This document shows, piece after piece, positions 35,959 through 45,014 of a stretch of 64,000 bases of DNA; within the stretch, counting starts at the first letter, position 1, and each line of letters begins with the position of its first letter. A program made the position numbers and the translations under genes. The DNA is from Acidimicrobiales bacterium (lineage in GTDB: Bacteria > Actinomycetota > Acidimicrobiia > Acidimicrobiales > VFJN01), in NCBI GenBank assembly GCA_035641315.1, contig DASQUK010000054.1, forward strand, positions 348 through 64,347, given 5' to 3'. Below the pieces are notes generated by a model. It saw nothing but the letters and a program-made list of their open reading frames with translations, was not told the origin of the DNA and ran no database searches.

Positions 35959-36945
35959 CTAGCTGGGGTGTCGCAGCACGATCTTGCCCAGCTGCGCACC
36001 CTGGCGCAGCCGGTCCAGGGCTGTCGGGTACCCGGCCAGATCGAAGACCTCGTCGACGGTGATGGGGAGCCCCTGGGCCACGAGCCGGGTCACATCGTCG
36101 AACTCTGGGTACGACCCCATGGTCGATCCGATGATCTGGATCTGCTTGAAGAACAGGCGGGGCAGGCTGAGCTCCACCTTCTGTCCCGACGTGCCCCCGC
36201 ACACCACCAGCCGTCCGCCCGGCCGCAGCGCCTTGACCGAGCGGTCCCATGTCGCCGGGCCCACGCTCTCGACCACGACGTCGACCTGCACCGGCCAATC
36301 CCCGTCCGAGTCGAACGCGTCGGCCGCACCCAGCTCGACCGCCCGCTTGCGCTTGGCCTCGTCGCGCGAGGTGACGTAGACGACCGCTCCCAGCCGTTGG
36401 GCCAGCGCCAGGGCCGCCGTGCTCACGCCGCCACCCACGCCCACGACCAGCACCGACTCGCCTGCGGTCAGGTGGGCACGGCGCAGCATGCGCCAAGCGG
36501 TGAGGGTGGCCAGCGGGTAGGCGGCGCACTCCTCCCAGCTACGGTCGGACGGCCGGGCCACGATGTTGCGGCCCGGCACCACCACCAGCCTGCCGTGACC
36601 GCCCCAGCGGTGCTCGCCCACGATCTGGAAGCCCGCCCCGAGGGGTGAGTCCAAACCGTGCTCCACCACCGCTTCCAGCGGCGAGACGGCGGGGTTGACC
36701 ACCACCTCGTCGCCGGGGGCCACGTGGTCGACCCCCTCCCCCACGGCGTCGACCACGCCGGCGACGTCGCAGCCGGGGACGTGTGGCAGCGGCGGCCGGG
36801 GCATCCCCTGGGTGAGCCACAGGTCCATGTGGTTGAGCGCCGAGGCCACGGGACGGACCCGCACCTCGCCAGGGCCGGCGACCGGGTCGTCGATCTCGGC
36901 GAAGCGGTAGCTGCCGGGTGACTCGTCCAGGATCCAGGCACGCAC
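35959..36945 (-). CDS. MDR-family zinc-binding dehydrogenase / NADPH:quinone oxidoreductase-like
   Basis: GTG 36945. GEVRVRPVASALNHMDLW, PGCDVAGVV, VLVVGVGGGVSTAALALA. Confidence 0.88.
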   Translation of the reverse strand: MRAWILDESPGSYRFAEIDDPVAGPGEVRVRPVASALNHMDLWLTQGMPRPPLPHVPGCDVAGVVDAVGEGVDHVAPGDEVVVNPAVSPLEAVVEHGLDSPLGAGFQIVGEHRWGGHGRLVVVPGRNIVARPSDRSWEECAAYPLATLTAWRMLRRAHLTAGESVLVVGVGGGVSTAALALAQRLGAVVYVTSRDEAKRKRAVELGAADAFDSDGDWPVQVDVVVESVGPATWDRSVKALRPGGRLVVCGGTSGQKVELSLPRLFFKQIQIIGSTMGSYPEFDDVTRLVAQGLPITVDEVFDLAGYPTALDRLRQGAQLGKIVLRHPS

Positions 36946-36990
36946 CCTGGGAACGCTAAGCCAACCGGAAGGTGGGGGGTGCGGGGAGGT

Positions 36991-37018
36991 CGAGGGGGGA
37001 GGGTTTCCCTCCCCCTCG
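36991..37018 (-). terminator. strong G/C hairpin right after the stop of the 37023-37640 gene
   Basis: Plus strand cgaggggggaggg-ttt-ccctccccctcg. Stem of 12 bp with one bulged G. No U-tract. Confidence 0.55.
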
Positions 37019-37022
37019 AAAC

Positions 37023-37640
37023 TCACACCACGCAGATCAGCGCGTCGGGCTCGATGCGCACCGACAGGGCGGTGGCAGCGCCAATCCGCTCGCCGTCGAG
37101 CCACACGGGCGTGGGGCGGTCGAAGGTCGCGTGGAGCGCCGGGCGGCGGCCCTGGCGGATGGCGGGATGGGGCACGTGGCTCCCGGTGGGCAGGCGGCTC
37201 CGGGCCTTGACGCGGTCGGCGAGGCTCATGTCCGCCGCCACCTCGATCACGTCTAGAAGCCCGTCGTTGGGATGCGCACGGGGGGCCACGTCCCAGGCGC
37301 CGAGGAACTCGGCGTTCATGGCCGCCAGGATCGGTCCCCGCCACCACGAGCGCCGGGCCACCAGGTGGGCCACGAACCAGTGCAACCGGCCGTCGACCAG
37401 CACCGCCCCCAGATCGACCGGCGCCCGCAGCGCGTCATCGGACCGCAGCCGTAGGACGTCGCCCCGCCCGCCCAGCGTGCGGCACAGGTCGCCCCCGGCC
37501 AGTCCCAGCGGCGGAGGCGGCTCCCCCGCCCGCCGCGCCGCCTCGACGACCCGCCGTGCCTCGACGTCGCTGTGCACGACCACCCCATCGTCGGCGAGGG
37601 CGCCGGGCTCGCCCCACGCCTCGCCCCTGCGGACCGTCAT
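37023..37640 (-). CDS. hypothetical protein resembling the C-terminal half of diacylglycerol-kinase/YegS-like proteins
   Basis: 205 aa. NAEFLGAWDVAPRAHPNDGLLDV resembles the DAGK accessory-domain motif. No N-terminal GGDG motif seen. Confidence 0.5.
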   Translation of the reverse strand: MTVRRGEAWGEPGALADDGVVVHSDVEARRVVEAARRAGEPPPPLGLAGGDLCRTLGGRGDVLRLRSDDALRAPVDLGAVLVDGRLHWFVAHLVARRSWWRGPILAAMNAEFLGAWDVAPRAHPNDGLLDVIEVAADMSLADRVKARSRLPTGSHVPHPAIRQGRRPALHATFDRPTPVWLDGERIGAATALSVRIEPDALICVV

Positions 37641-37668
37641 CGGAGGGGTCCGGACGGGCGAAGCCGGC

Positions 37669-40350
37669 TCAAGGGGCCCCCACGACCTCTTCCAACGTGG
37701 AGGAGATCGAGACCACCCCCCGGTGCAGCGCCTCCGCCGCCTGGCGGGCGACCCGGGCCGTCTCGGGGTTGGGGGCGACGTCGCCGATCTGGCGCACGAG
37801 GTCGATGAGCGTCTTGATGTTGCGCACGAAGTCGCCGCCGGACACGCCCTCGTCGCCCAGCACCTCGCCCAACGGCTCGCCCGCCGCCCAGGCGTGGGCC
37901 AGGGCCAGGAAGCCCGGATCGGGCAGGCGGGTGCCCGGCAGGCCGGCGGCGTCCTCGTCGGCGCGCAGCTCGTCGGCCAGCCGCTCGAGATCGGTCCACC
38001 GGCCGCGCACCAGCCGTGACGGGAACCACGCCGGCGGCACCGGGCCGGGCCCCCGCTGCTCGTAGGTGAAGCAGGACACCAGGCCGGCCATCGATGCCGG
38101 GTCGAGGCCGTCGAGCAGGCCGCTGACCATGGCCTCGGCCACCAGCAGGTCGCTCTCGTGGTAGGTGCGTGCCAGCACCTCCCCCCGCGGCGTCAGCGCC
38201 CAGCCGTCCAGGTATCCCCACGCCTCCAGCAGGCGGAGCACGCGGTCGAAGCGCCGAGCCAGCGACTCGGTGCGCGACCGGACCTCTCGCCGCATGTCCG
38301 ACAGCTCCCGCCGGGCCCGGTCGAGCTGGCTCAGTGCCCGCAGGTGCCGGTCGCGGTCCGGGCAGTCGTGCACGGGGTGGTCCGCCAACGGAGACGGTTC
38401 GGCACCAGTTCCAGTGACGCCATCCGTCGATTTCCGACGGTTTGCGTCGCCAGAACCGGACGGCACCGCCGGCTCCGCGGAGCGTCGCTGGTCCAGCCGG
38501 GCCCGTCGCAGCTCGCCGGCCAGCTTGCGCTGGAACGCCCGGTTGTTGGGCGTGTACGGCGCCGGCAGCTCCACCCGGCCGAGGCGCGCCGGCGGCTGGT
38601 CGAGGTCGTCGGCGCCCAGGCTGACGCGGTCGCCGTCCCGGTCGATGCCCCGCAGCCGCATGGCACCGCCCTTGCGGCTGGCCACCGAAAGCACCGCCAG
38701 CGGCCTGCCCCCCACCTCGACCACGTCCCCGGGCATGAGCCGGGACAGGGCGAACTCGACCGACCCGGCGGGCGACGGCTGGGGCTTCGCCGGGGTCGCC
38801 GCCAGCCGGAGCCGCCGGTACTCATCGGCGTCGCCCCGGTCGCAGCGCGCCTCGTCCTCCAGGCGGTCGATCCGCTCCTGTTGGCGCTCGATGCGGGCCT
38901 CGAACCGAACCACCGCCCGGTCCGCCTGGAACTGGGCGAACGACAGGTTCAGGAGGTGGTGGGCGTCGGCGGGCTCGTAGCGCCGCACCAGGTTGGCGGC
39001 CATGTTGTAGGTGGGACGGAAGGCGGAGCGCAGACCGTAGGTCCGGCTCGACGCCAGCGACGCCACCTGGTCGAAGGGTACGAACGGCGACCACAGCACG
39101 ATGGCGTAGCCCAGGTCGTCGATCCCCCGCCGGCCGGCCCGCCCCGTGAGCTGCGTGTACTCCCCCGGCGTCAGGAAGGCCCGGGCCTCACCCGTGAACT
39201 TGGTCAACCGCTCGATGATCACGGTGCGGGCCGGCATGTTGACGCCCAGCGCCAACGTCTCGGTGGCGAACACGGCTTTTACCAGGCCCTCGACGAAGCA
39301 GGCCTCCACCGCCTCCTTGAACGGCGGGACCATGCCGGCGTGGTGGGCGGCCAGGCCCATCTCCAGCGCCGCCTCCCAGCGGTCGTAGTCGAGCACATCG
39401 AGGTCGTCGTCGCTGAGCGCCGCGGTCCGCTCCTCGACGATGGCCCGGATGCGGGCCCGCTCGTCGGGGGTCGTCAGGCGCAGCCCGGCGTCGAGGCAGG
39501 CGGTGACGGCCTCCTCACAGCCCATGCGGCTGAAGATGAAGTAGAGCGCCGGCAGCATCTCCCGCTCGGCCAGCATGTCGATCACCTCGGGACGCCGGGG
39601 TGTGAAGAACCGCCGCCGGGGCCGCCGCGCCGGTCCCCGGCGGGGCCCCCGCCCGTGGAGGGTGTCGTTGTCGAGCCGGTCGGCCTCGGGGTTGGGCCGC
39701 CCGTCGACCAGGGTCGGCAGCAGGTGGGGGCGCTCGCTCTGGCGGTCGCCGACGAGGTAGAGGTTGCGCAGCTCGACCGGGCGCTGCTCCTCGAGCACGA
39801 GCGTGGTGGGCCCCCGCACCGTCTCGAGCCACTCGGCGACCTCCTCGGCGTTCGACACGGTGGCCGACAGGCACACCAGCCGCACCTCGGCGGGCAGGTG
39901 GATGATGACCTCCTCCCACACCGGGCCCCGGTAGGCGTCCTGGAGGTAGTGGACCTCGTCGAGCACCGCGAACCGCAGCCCTCGCAGCGCCGGCGAGGCG
40001 GCGTAGATCATGTTGCGCAGCACCTCAGTGGTCATGACCACGACGGGCGCGTCGCCGTTGATGCTGTTGTCTCCAGTCAGCAGGCCCACGTTGTCGGCGC
40101 CGTGCCGCCGGGCGAGGTCGGCGAACTTCTGGTTGGACAGCGCCTTGATCGGCGTCGTGTAGAAGGCCTTGCCGCCCTCGGACAGGGCCCGGGCGACGGC
40201 GTGCTCCGCCACGACCGTCTTCCCCGAGCCGGTGGGCGCGGCCACGAGCACCGAACGGTCTTGATCGAGCGCGGCCAGCGCCCGGAGCTGGAAGGCATCG
40301 AGCTCGAACGGGTACGCGCCCGCGCCGACATCCGCGCCGTCGCCGGTCAC
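37669..40350 (-). CDS. helY: Ski2-like DEAD/DEAH-box helicase HelY
   Basis: AAPTGSGKT, LDEVHYL, CLSATV, AAHHAGM, long C-terminal DSHCT-like region. GTG 40350 overlaps the tatC stop (GTGA). Confidence 0.92.
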   Translation of the reverse strand: MTGDGADVGAGAYPFELDAFQLRALAALDQDRSVLVAAPTGSGKTVVAEHAVARALSEGGKAFYTTPIKALSNQKFADLARRHGADNVGLLTGDNSINGDAPVVVMTTEVLRNMIYAASPALRGLRFAVLDEVHYLQDAYRGPVWEEVIIHLPAEVRLVCLSATVSNAEEVAEWLETVRGPTTLVLEEQRPVELRNLYLVGDRQSERPHLLPTLVDGRPNPEADRLDNDTLHGRGPRRGPARRPRRRFFTPRRPEVIDMLAEREMLPALYFIFSRMGCEEAVTACLDAGLRLTTPDERARIRAIVEERTAALSDDDLDVLDYDRWEAALEMGLAAHHAGMVPPFKEAVEACFVEGLVKAVFATETLALGVNMPARTVIIERLTKFTGEARAFLTPGEYTQLTGRAGRRGIDDLGYAIVLWSPFVPFDQVASLASSRTYGLRSAFRPTYNMAANLVRRYEPADAHHLLNLSFAQFQADRAVVRFEARIERQQERIDRLEDEARCDRGDADEYRRLRLAATPAKPQPSPAGSVEFALSRLMPGDVVEVGGRPLAVLSVASRKGGAMRLRGIDRDGDRVSLGADDLDQPPARLGRVELPAPYTPNNRAFQRKLAGELRRARLDQRRSAEPAVPSGSGDANRRKSTDGVTGTGAEPSPLADHPVHDCPDRDRHLRALSQLDRARRELSDMRREVRSRTESLARRFDRVLRLLEAWGYLDGWALTPRGEVLARTYHESDLLVAEAMVSGLLDGLDPASMAGLVSCFTYEQRGPGPVPPAWFPSRLVRGRWTDLERLADELRADEDAAGLPGTRLPDPGFLALAHAWAAGEPLGEVLGDEGVSGGDFVRNIKTLIDLVRQIGDVAPNPETARVARQAAEALHRGVVSISSTLEEVVGAP

Positions 40351-41120
40351 GCCGCGGCGTCCCGCAGCGCCTGCCGTTTGGTGATGAAGCTGCCGATGAG
40401 GATGGCGACCTCGTAGAAGACCACCATCGGCACCGACAGCATGAGCATGCTGATCGGGTCGCCCGAGGGGGTGATCACGGCCACGAGTATGCAGATACCA
40501 ACGATGGCGAACCGGCGACCCCGGCGCAGGGTGTCGGTCTCGAGGATGCCGGCCATCTGGAAGAAGATGAGCACGATCGGGAACTCGAAGCCGACGCCGA
40601 ACGCCAGCATCATGTACGTGATCAGCCGGAAGTACTTCCCCGCTGTGTAGCCCGTGATGAACCCCTCGCCGCCGATCTCGATCAGGAAGTCGAAGGCCCG
40701 GGGCAGCGTGAAGTAGGCGAGCGTCGCACCCAGCGCGAAGAGGAGGAGGGCCGACAGCACGAACGGGATCGCGTAGCGCTTCTCGTTGGCGTAGAGGCCG
40801 GGGCTGACGAAACGCCAGATCTGCCACAGCAGCACGGGCATGGCGAAGGCGATCCCGGCGTAGGCGGAGGTCCGCATCCGGATGCTGAACCCCTCGAGCG
40901 GGTCGGTCTGCAGGAGCCTGCCGCCGCCGATGGTCGGATGCTTGTCGGCGATGTCCTGGTAGGGCCGGATCAGCACGTCGAAGATCTGCTCGTACAGGAT
41001 GAAGCCCGCCAGCATCCCGAGGGCCACGGCGACGACGCAGATGATGAGACGGGTGCGCAGCTCGGTGAGGTGCTCGACGAGCGTCATGCCCTGGTCGGGC
41101 GACGTCCTGGCGGCGCTCAT
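40347..41120 (-). CDS. tatC: twin-arginine translocase subunit TatC
   Basis: 257 aa. MTLVEHLTELRTRLI..., six TM segments. Confidence 0.95.
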   Translation of the reverse strand: MSAARTSPDQGMTLVEHLTELRTRLIICVVAVALGMLAGFILYEQIFDVLIRPYQDIADKHPTIGGGRLLQTDPLEGFSIRMRTSAYAGIAFAMPVLLWQIWRFVSPGLYANEKRYAIPFVLSALLLFALGATLAYFTLPRAFDFLIEIGGEGFITGYTAGKYFRLITYMMLAFGVGFEFPIVLIFFQMAGILETDTLRRGRRFAIVGICILVAVITPSGDPISMLMLSVPMVVFYEVAILIGSFITKRQALRDAAA

Positions 41121-41125
41121 TGCTC

Positions 41126-41198
41126 CCCGCTCATGCTGCTTCGCAGCGGGCCGCTCGGGCCTCGCTCGCTCGCTCGCCCTGCGGGATGCTCGCTCATG
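41126..41198 (+). repeat. R1 repeat unit plus tail module, filling the tatA-tatC spacer
   Basis: cccgctcat-GCTGC-ttc-GCAGC-gggccgctcggg, then cctcgctcgctcgctcgccctgcgggatgctcgctcatgg. Confidence 0.85.
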
Positions 41199-41241
41199 GC
41201 TGATGGCCCGCCCGCGCTGAGTGCTGGCTCACGACGGTCTC

Positions 41242-41700
41242 CTACGAGGCGGCGCGCTCGTCGCCGATCTCCGGCCCTGATTCGGTCGGAGGCGGCCCAT
41301 CGGATGCCGGCCGGTCGCCGGGGGGCACGATGGCGTCGAGGGCCTCGGCGATGACGGGCGCCACGCTCGTGTCGTTCGGGGTGGCGGTGGCGCTTGCGGC
41401 CTCGCCGGGCGGCTCGCCCGCATGGTCGGCGTCATCGGCGTCGTCGGGATCCGAGTCGACCTCGGCGACCGCCGCGGCCAGAGGGACCGCCTCGCGGCGG
41501 CGCGGGGGGCTGGCGGCCTCGGCGACGTCGCTGTCCTCGAAGGCGTCGCGCAGCTCCTGCTGGAACCCCGTCGAGATGCGGCGGATCTCGCCCACCACCC
41601 GCCCGAACGTGCGCATGGCCTGGGGCAGGCGCTGGGGCCCGAGCACGATCAACGCGATGAGCACGATGACCAGCAGCTCGCCGCCGCCGATGTTGAACAT
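41242..41700 (-). CDS. tatA: twin-arginine translocase TatA/E-family protein with long acidic tail
   Basis: MFNIGGGELLVIVLIALIVLGPQRLP. Confidence 0.9.
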   Translation of the reverse strand: MFNIGGGELLVIVLIALIVLGPQRLPQAMRTFGRVVGEIRRISTGFQQELRDAFEDSDVAEAASPPRRREAVPLAAAVAEVDSDPDDADDADHAGEPPGEAASATATPNDTSVAPVIAEALDAIVPPGDRPASDGPPPTESGPEIGDERAAS

Positions 41701-41786
41701 GCTTAGAAGATACGCGCTCGGTCGTAGACCGAGGCCATCAGGGTGGCGGGCGGGGGTCGGGCTGGAGTGTAGAGGGACCCCTGGGG

Positions 41787-42023
41787 CTACTCGGCGTCGC
41801 CGCCGGGCGGTGGCGGGGCGTGGCGTCGGCGGAAATCGGCGGTCCGGTTCTCGGTCTCGCACAGGGCCGACCGGACCGCCGCCAGCCTCGGCCGCAGCTC
41901 GCGCAGCCGCCGGACCTCGTGCGCCAGGTCCACCGTGGCGTCCTCCAGTGCCCGGGCCCGCGCCGCCACCAGCCCGGTTGCGACAGCCGCCGCCACGACG
42001 GGGACGGTCCACAGCAGGCTCAT
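41787..42023 (-). CDS. small hypothetical membrane-anchored protein
   Basis: 78 aa. N-terminal TM LLWTVPVVAAAVATGLVAA, then a helical region. Confidence 0.45.
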   Translation of the reverse strand: MSLLWTVPVVAAAVATGLVAARARALEDATVDLAHEVRRLRELRPRLAAVRSALCETENRTADFRRRHAPPPPGGDAE

Positions 42024-42034
42024 CGCCGCCGACG

Positions 42035-42376
42035 CTAGAGGCTGCGGCGGTGGGCGGCGAGGAGCTGGTCGAACCAGCCCCTCTCAGTGAGCATGTCGTG
42101 GAAGTCGATCAGGTCGTCGTGGGTGAACGGGGCCCCGACCGGTCGGGGTTCGACCAGCTCCGACGGGATGGTCCACAGCTCGAGCCGCACGCCCGACGAG
42201 ATCAGCAGATCGATCGTCGACCGGTCGGCCGGGCGGACCACCGGTTGCGTGCAGTTGGGGCACCGGAACACGTAGGTGCCCGCCTCGTCGGTCTCGCACA
42301 ACCTGACCACGAGGTCGCGCGTTCCCAGCTCGACGTCACCGCAGTCGCTGCACGTGGCTCTGATCAAGGTCGCCAT
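42035..42376 (-). CDS. hypothetical zinc-ribbon protein
   Basis: 113 aa. CSDCG...FRCPNC. Confidence 0.55.
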   Translation of the reverse strand: MATLIRATCSDCGDVELGTRDLVVRLCETDEAGTYVFRCPNCTQPVVRPADRSTIDLLISSGVRLELWTIPSELVEPRPVGAPFTHDDLIDFHDMLTERGWFDQLLAAHRRSL

Positions 42377-42477
42377 CTGTCCTTGTCTCCCTGTTCGCTC
42401 CCCCCAAGGGAGGGACCGAGCGAGACATCATGACGCCGTTTGCCCGATGATGTCCCATCGCCACCGACAGGATCCCC

Positions 42478-43197
42478 ATGCCCACCCGCGTTCCCGCGCT
42501 GAGGACACCACCCATAGCGTTCGCTCACCGCGGTGCGCGCGCTCAAGCGCCCGAGAACACGCTGGAGGCGTTCACGCTGGCGCAGCGGCTGGGGGCCACC
42601 GGTCTGGAGAGCGACGTGTGGTTGACCGCCGACGGGGAGCCGGTCCTCGACCACGACGGCCTGGTGGGCGGGCGGGTGCGGCGCCGGCCGATCGCCGCGC
42701 TGACCCGGGCCCGGCTGCCGGCCCACATCCCGACCCTCGACGACCTCTACGCCACCTGCGGCACGGGTATCGACGTGTCGCTCGACGTCAAGGATCCCGC
42801 CGCCTTCGACCCGGTGGTGGCGGTGGCCCGGGCGGCGGGTGACGACGCCCTGTCCCGCCTGTGGCTGTGCCATCCCCGCTGGGAGCAGGTCGTCGAATGG
42901 CGGGCCCGCGACGACGAGGTGCGGCTGGTGAACTCCACCCGGCTCGACCGCATCAAGGAGGGCGGCGAGCGCCGGGCCGCCACCCTCGCCGCCAAGGGCA
43001 TCGACGCCGTCAACCTCCACCACCTCGATTGGACCGGCGGGCTGACGACCCTGTTCCACCGCTTCGGGGTGCTGGCCTTCGGCTGGGACGCACAGACGCC
43101 GCGGGTGCTGAGCGAGCTGCTCGACGCCGGGATCGACGCCGTCTACAGCGATCACGTCGACCGCATGGTCCAAGCCCTCAGCACCTTCTATCCGTGA
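42478..43197 (+). CDS. glycerophosphodiester phosphodiesterase family protein
   Basis: IAFAHRGARAQAPENTLEAF...GLESDVWLTADGEPVLDHD. Confidence 0.9.
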   Translation: MPTRVPALRTPPIAFAHRGARAQAPENTLEAFTLAQRLGATGLESDVWLTADGEPVLDHDGLVGGRVRRRPIAALTRARLPAHIPTLDDLYATCGTGIDVSLDVKDPAAFDPVVAVARAAGDDALSRLWLCHPRWEQVVEWRARDDEVRLVNSTRLDRIKEGGERRAATLAAKGIDAVNLHHLDWTGGLTTLFHRFGVLAFGWDAQTPRVLSELLDAGIDAVYSDHVDRMVQALSTFYP

Positions 43198-43201
43198 CGG
43201 C

Positions 43202-43981
43202 TCACAGCCATCCGATGTCGGTGATGGGCAGGACCCGGATGAAGGCGCGGCCGACGATGTCGTCCTCGTCGATCGGGCCGAAGCATCGGCTGTCGTCGCT
43301 GTTGGTGCGGTTGTCTCCCATGACGAAAACGGATTCGTCAGGCACCTCTTGGGGCTGCAGCTCGCAGCTGCCGGTCCCGCACGCCGGCGTGTCCTCGGCG
43401 AGGTAGGGCTCGTCAATGCGCTCGCCATTGACGTAGACGTCGTTGTTGCGGCACTCGATCATGTCGCCCTTGACGGCGATGACCCGCTTGATCAGGTCCT
43501 TGATCTCACCGTCCTCGCCCGTGGAGGCGACGGGCGGCCGCTCGAACACCACCACGTCGCCCCGGTTGACGTCGTGGAGCTGGTACGACAGCTTGTTGAC
43601 GAGCACGCGGTCACCGATGTGGAGCGTCGGCTCCATCGACTCCGACGGGATCCAGAAGGCCTGGATGAGGAAGGCCTCGACCAGCAGCGCGATGGCGATC
43701 CCGCCGCCGATGACCCCCAGCCATTCGAGGATGGTGCGGCGCCAGCGCCGGCGGGGCTTGGCGCGGGCATCGTCGCCGCCGTCGCCCCCGTCCCCCTCGT
43801 CGTCTCCGTCACCCCCGCCCCGGTTGGCGGAGTCGGCGCGCTCGGTGAGCCGGTGGTGGTCGGGGTCCTCGCCCTTGAAGGGGGCGCGGCCGTCGCCGTT
43901 GGAGCGGAGGTGGCGGGGCTGGTGCGGGAGCTCCCGGGCGCCAGCTCGCCTGTTCTTTTGCGGGGGAGAAGCGTCACGCAC
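43202..43981 (-). CDS. lepB: signal peptidase I
   Basis: IPSESMEPTL (Ser box), GDVVVF, KRVIAVKGD (Lys box), GDNRTNSDDSR. Confidence 0.92.
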   Translation of the reverse strand: MRDASPPQKNRRAGARELPHQPRHLRSNGDGRAPFKGEDPDHHRLTERADSANRGGGDGDDEGDGGDGGDDARAKPRRRWRRTILEWLGVIGGGIAIALLVEAFLIQAFWIPSESMEPTLHIGDRVLVNKLSYQLHDVNRGDVVVFERPPVASTGEDGEIKDLIKRVIAVKGDMIECRNNDVYVNGERIDEPYLAEDTPACGTGSCELQPQEVPDESVFVMGDNRTNSDDSRCFGPIDEDDIVGRAFIRVLPITDIGWL

Positions 43982-44018
43982 GGCAGGGCGAGGCTAGCGC
44001 GCCGGGGTGACGATCCCG

Positions 44019-45014
44019 TCAGCTGCCGTGGTCGCGGCGATACCGGGCGAGGATGCGGCGGGCGGCGTTCCGGCCGGCGTCGACCAGCTCCGGGGCGTCG
44101 GCATCGACCACCCGGACGTCCGGCCCCAACCGCACCAGCAGGCGTTCGAGCCATGGGGCGGCCGACACCCGCAGGCGCACCCGCAGCCAGCCGTCGGGAC
44201 CAGTGGGGGCCGGGCCCACCTCGTCGACCGGGTAGGTCTCGACCACCCAGCGGGCGGACGGCGCCAGCTCCAGGGTCACCAGGGGCGTGGAAGGCCCCGG
44301 GTCGAACACGCCGCCCCCCTCGTCGGCGTTGGCGGGCGGCGTGAAGGTCTCGTCCAGCACCTCGACGCCGTAGATCCGGTCGACCCGGAACAGCCGCTGG
44401 TCACACGCCTGGTGGCAATAGCCCCGCACGTACCACGCACCCTCGTGGGCGAAGACCGCGTGCGGATCGACCTCGCGGGTCGTCCGGTGGTCCCGGGTGT
44501 AGGCGTAGTAGTCGAGGCGCACCCGGCGGCCGGCCGCCGCGGCCTGGCGTAGCTCGGCCAGCACGCCGGGCCGGGTCTCGCCCAGCGCCACCGACACGGC
44601 CTCGTCGGGATCGACCCCCAGCACCTTTGCCACCTTGGCCAGGGCGGTGGCCAGGGGCCCTCCGGGCTCGGTGCCGGGCAGCGCCTGGGACGCCCGGCCG
44701 GCCACCACCAGCGCCAGGCCCTGCTCCGGGGTGAGGTGCAGAGGGCGGGCGAACATGTCGGCGAAGCGCAGCCACACCCGATCGCCCTCGATCGTGACCT
44801 CGATCAGCGTGTCGGGCGTGTAAGGCGGCACGCCGACCAGCGAGAGCACCTCGAGGTCCTCGAGCAGCTTGCGGCGGTTGACCTGGAAGCGCTCGCAGAT
44901 CTCGTCGACGGTGGGTCCGCCGTGCGCCGCGATCCAGGGGATCATCGCCAGCATGCGCGCCACGCGGTCGGACGCCTTGGTGCGGGCCGGCGTAGGGGTT
45001 GCAGCGGTGCTCAT
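44019..45014 (-). CDS. pafC: HTH-WYL transcriptional regulator PafC
   Basis: 331 aa. ATGA overlap with pafB. RVARMLAMIPWIA HTH, WYL-type RVRLDYYAYTRDHRTTREVDPHAVFAHEGAWYVRGY. Confidence 0.88.
   Translation of the reverse strand: MSTAATPTPARTKASDRVARMLAMIPWIAAHGGPTVDEICERFQVNRRKLLEDLEVLSLVGVPPYTPDTLIEVTIEGDRVWLRFADMFARPLHLTPEQGLALVVAGRASQALPGTEPGGPLATALAKVAKVLGVDPDEAVSVALGETRPGVLAELRQAAAAGRRVRLDYYAYTRDHRTTREVDPHAVFAHEGAWYVRGYCHQACDQRLFRVDRIYGVEVLDETFTPPANADEGGGVFDPGPSTPLVTLELAPSARWVVETYPVDEVGPAPTGPDGWLRVRLRVSAAPWLERLLVRLGPDVRVVDADAPELVDAGRNAARRILARYRRDHGS

Noticed and set aside
34691-36648. 612-aa minus-strand and 647-aa plus-strand ORFs over the M20/MDR genes
   Set aside because: Frame-shifted or antisense shadows of genes with clear M20 (HACGHN) and MDR motifs.
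38158-40416. 752-aa plus-strand ORF antisense to helY
   Set aside because: No motifs and an R/G/P/H-rich composition. helY on the minus strand has all SF2 helicase motifs.
40351-40827. Upstream extension of the helY ORF (to 1052 aa)
   Set aside because: It overlaps tatC in another frame. The helicase homology begins right after GTG 40350, which forms a GTGA overlap with the tatC stop.
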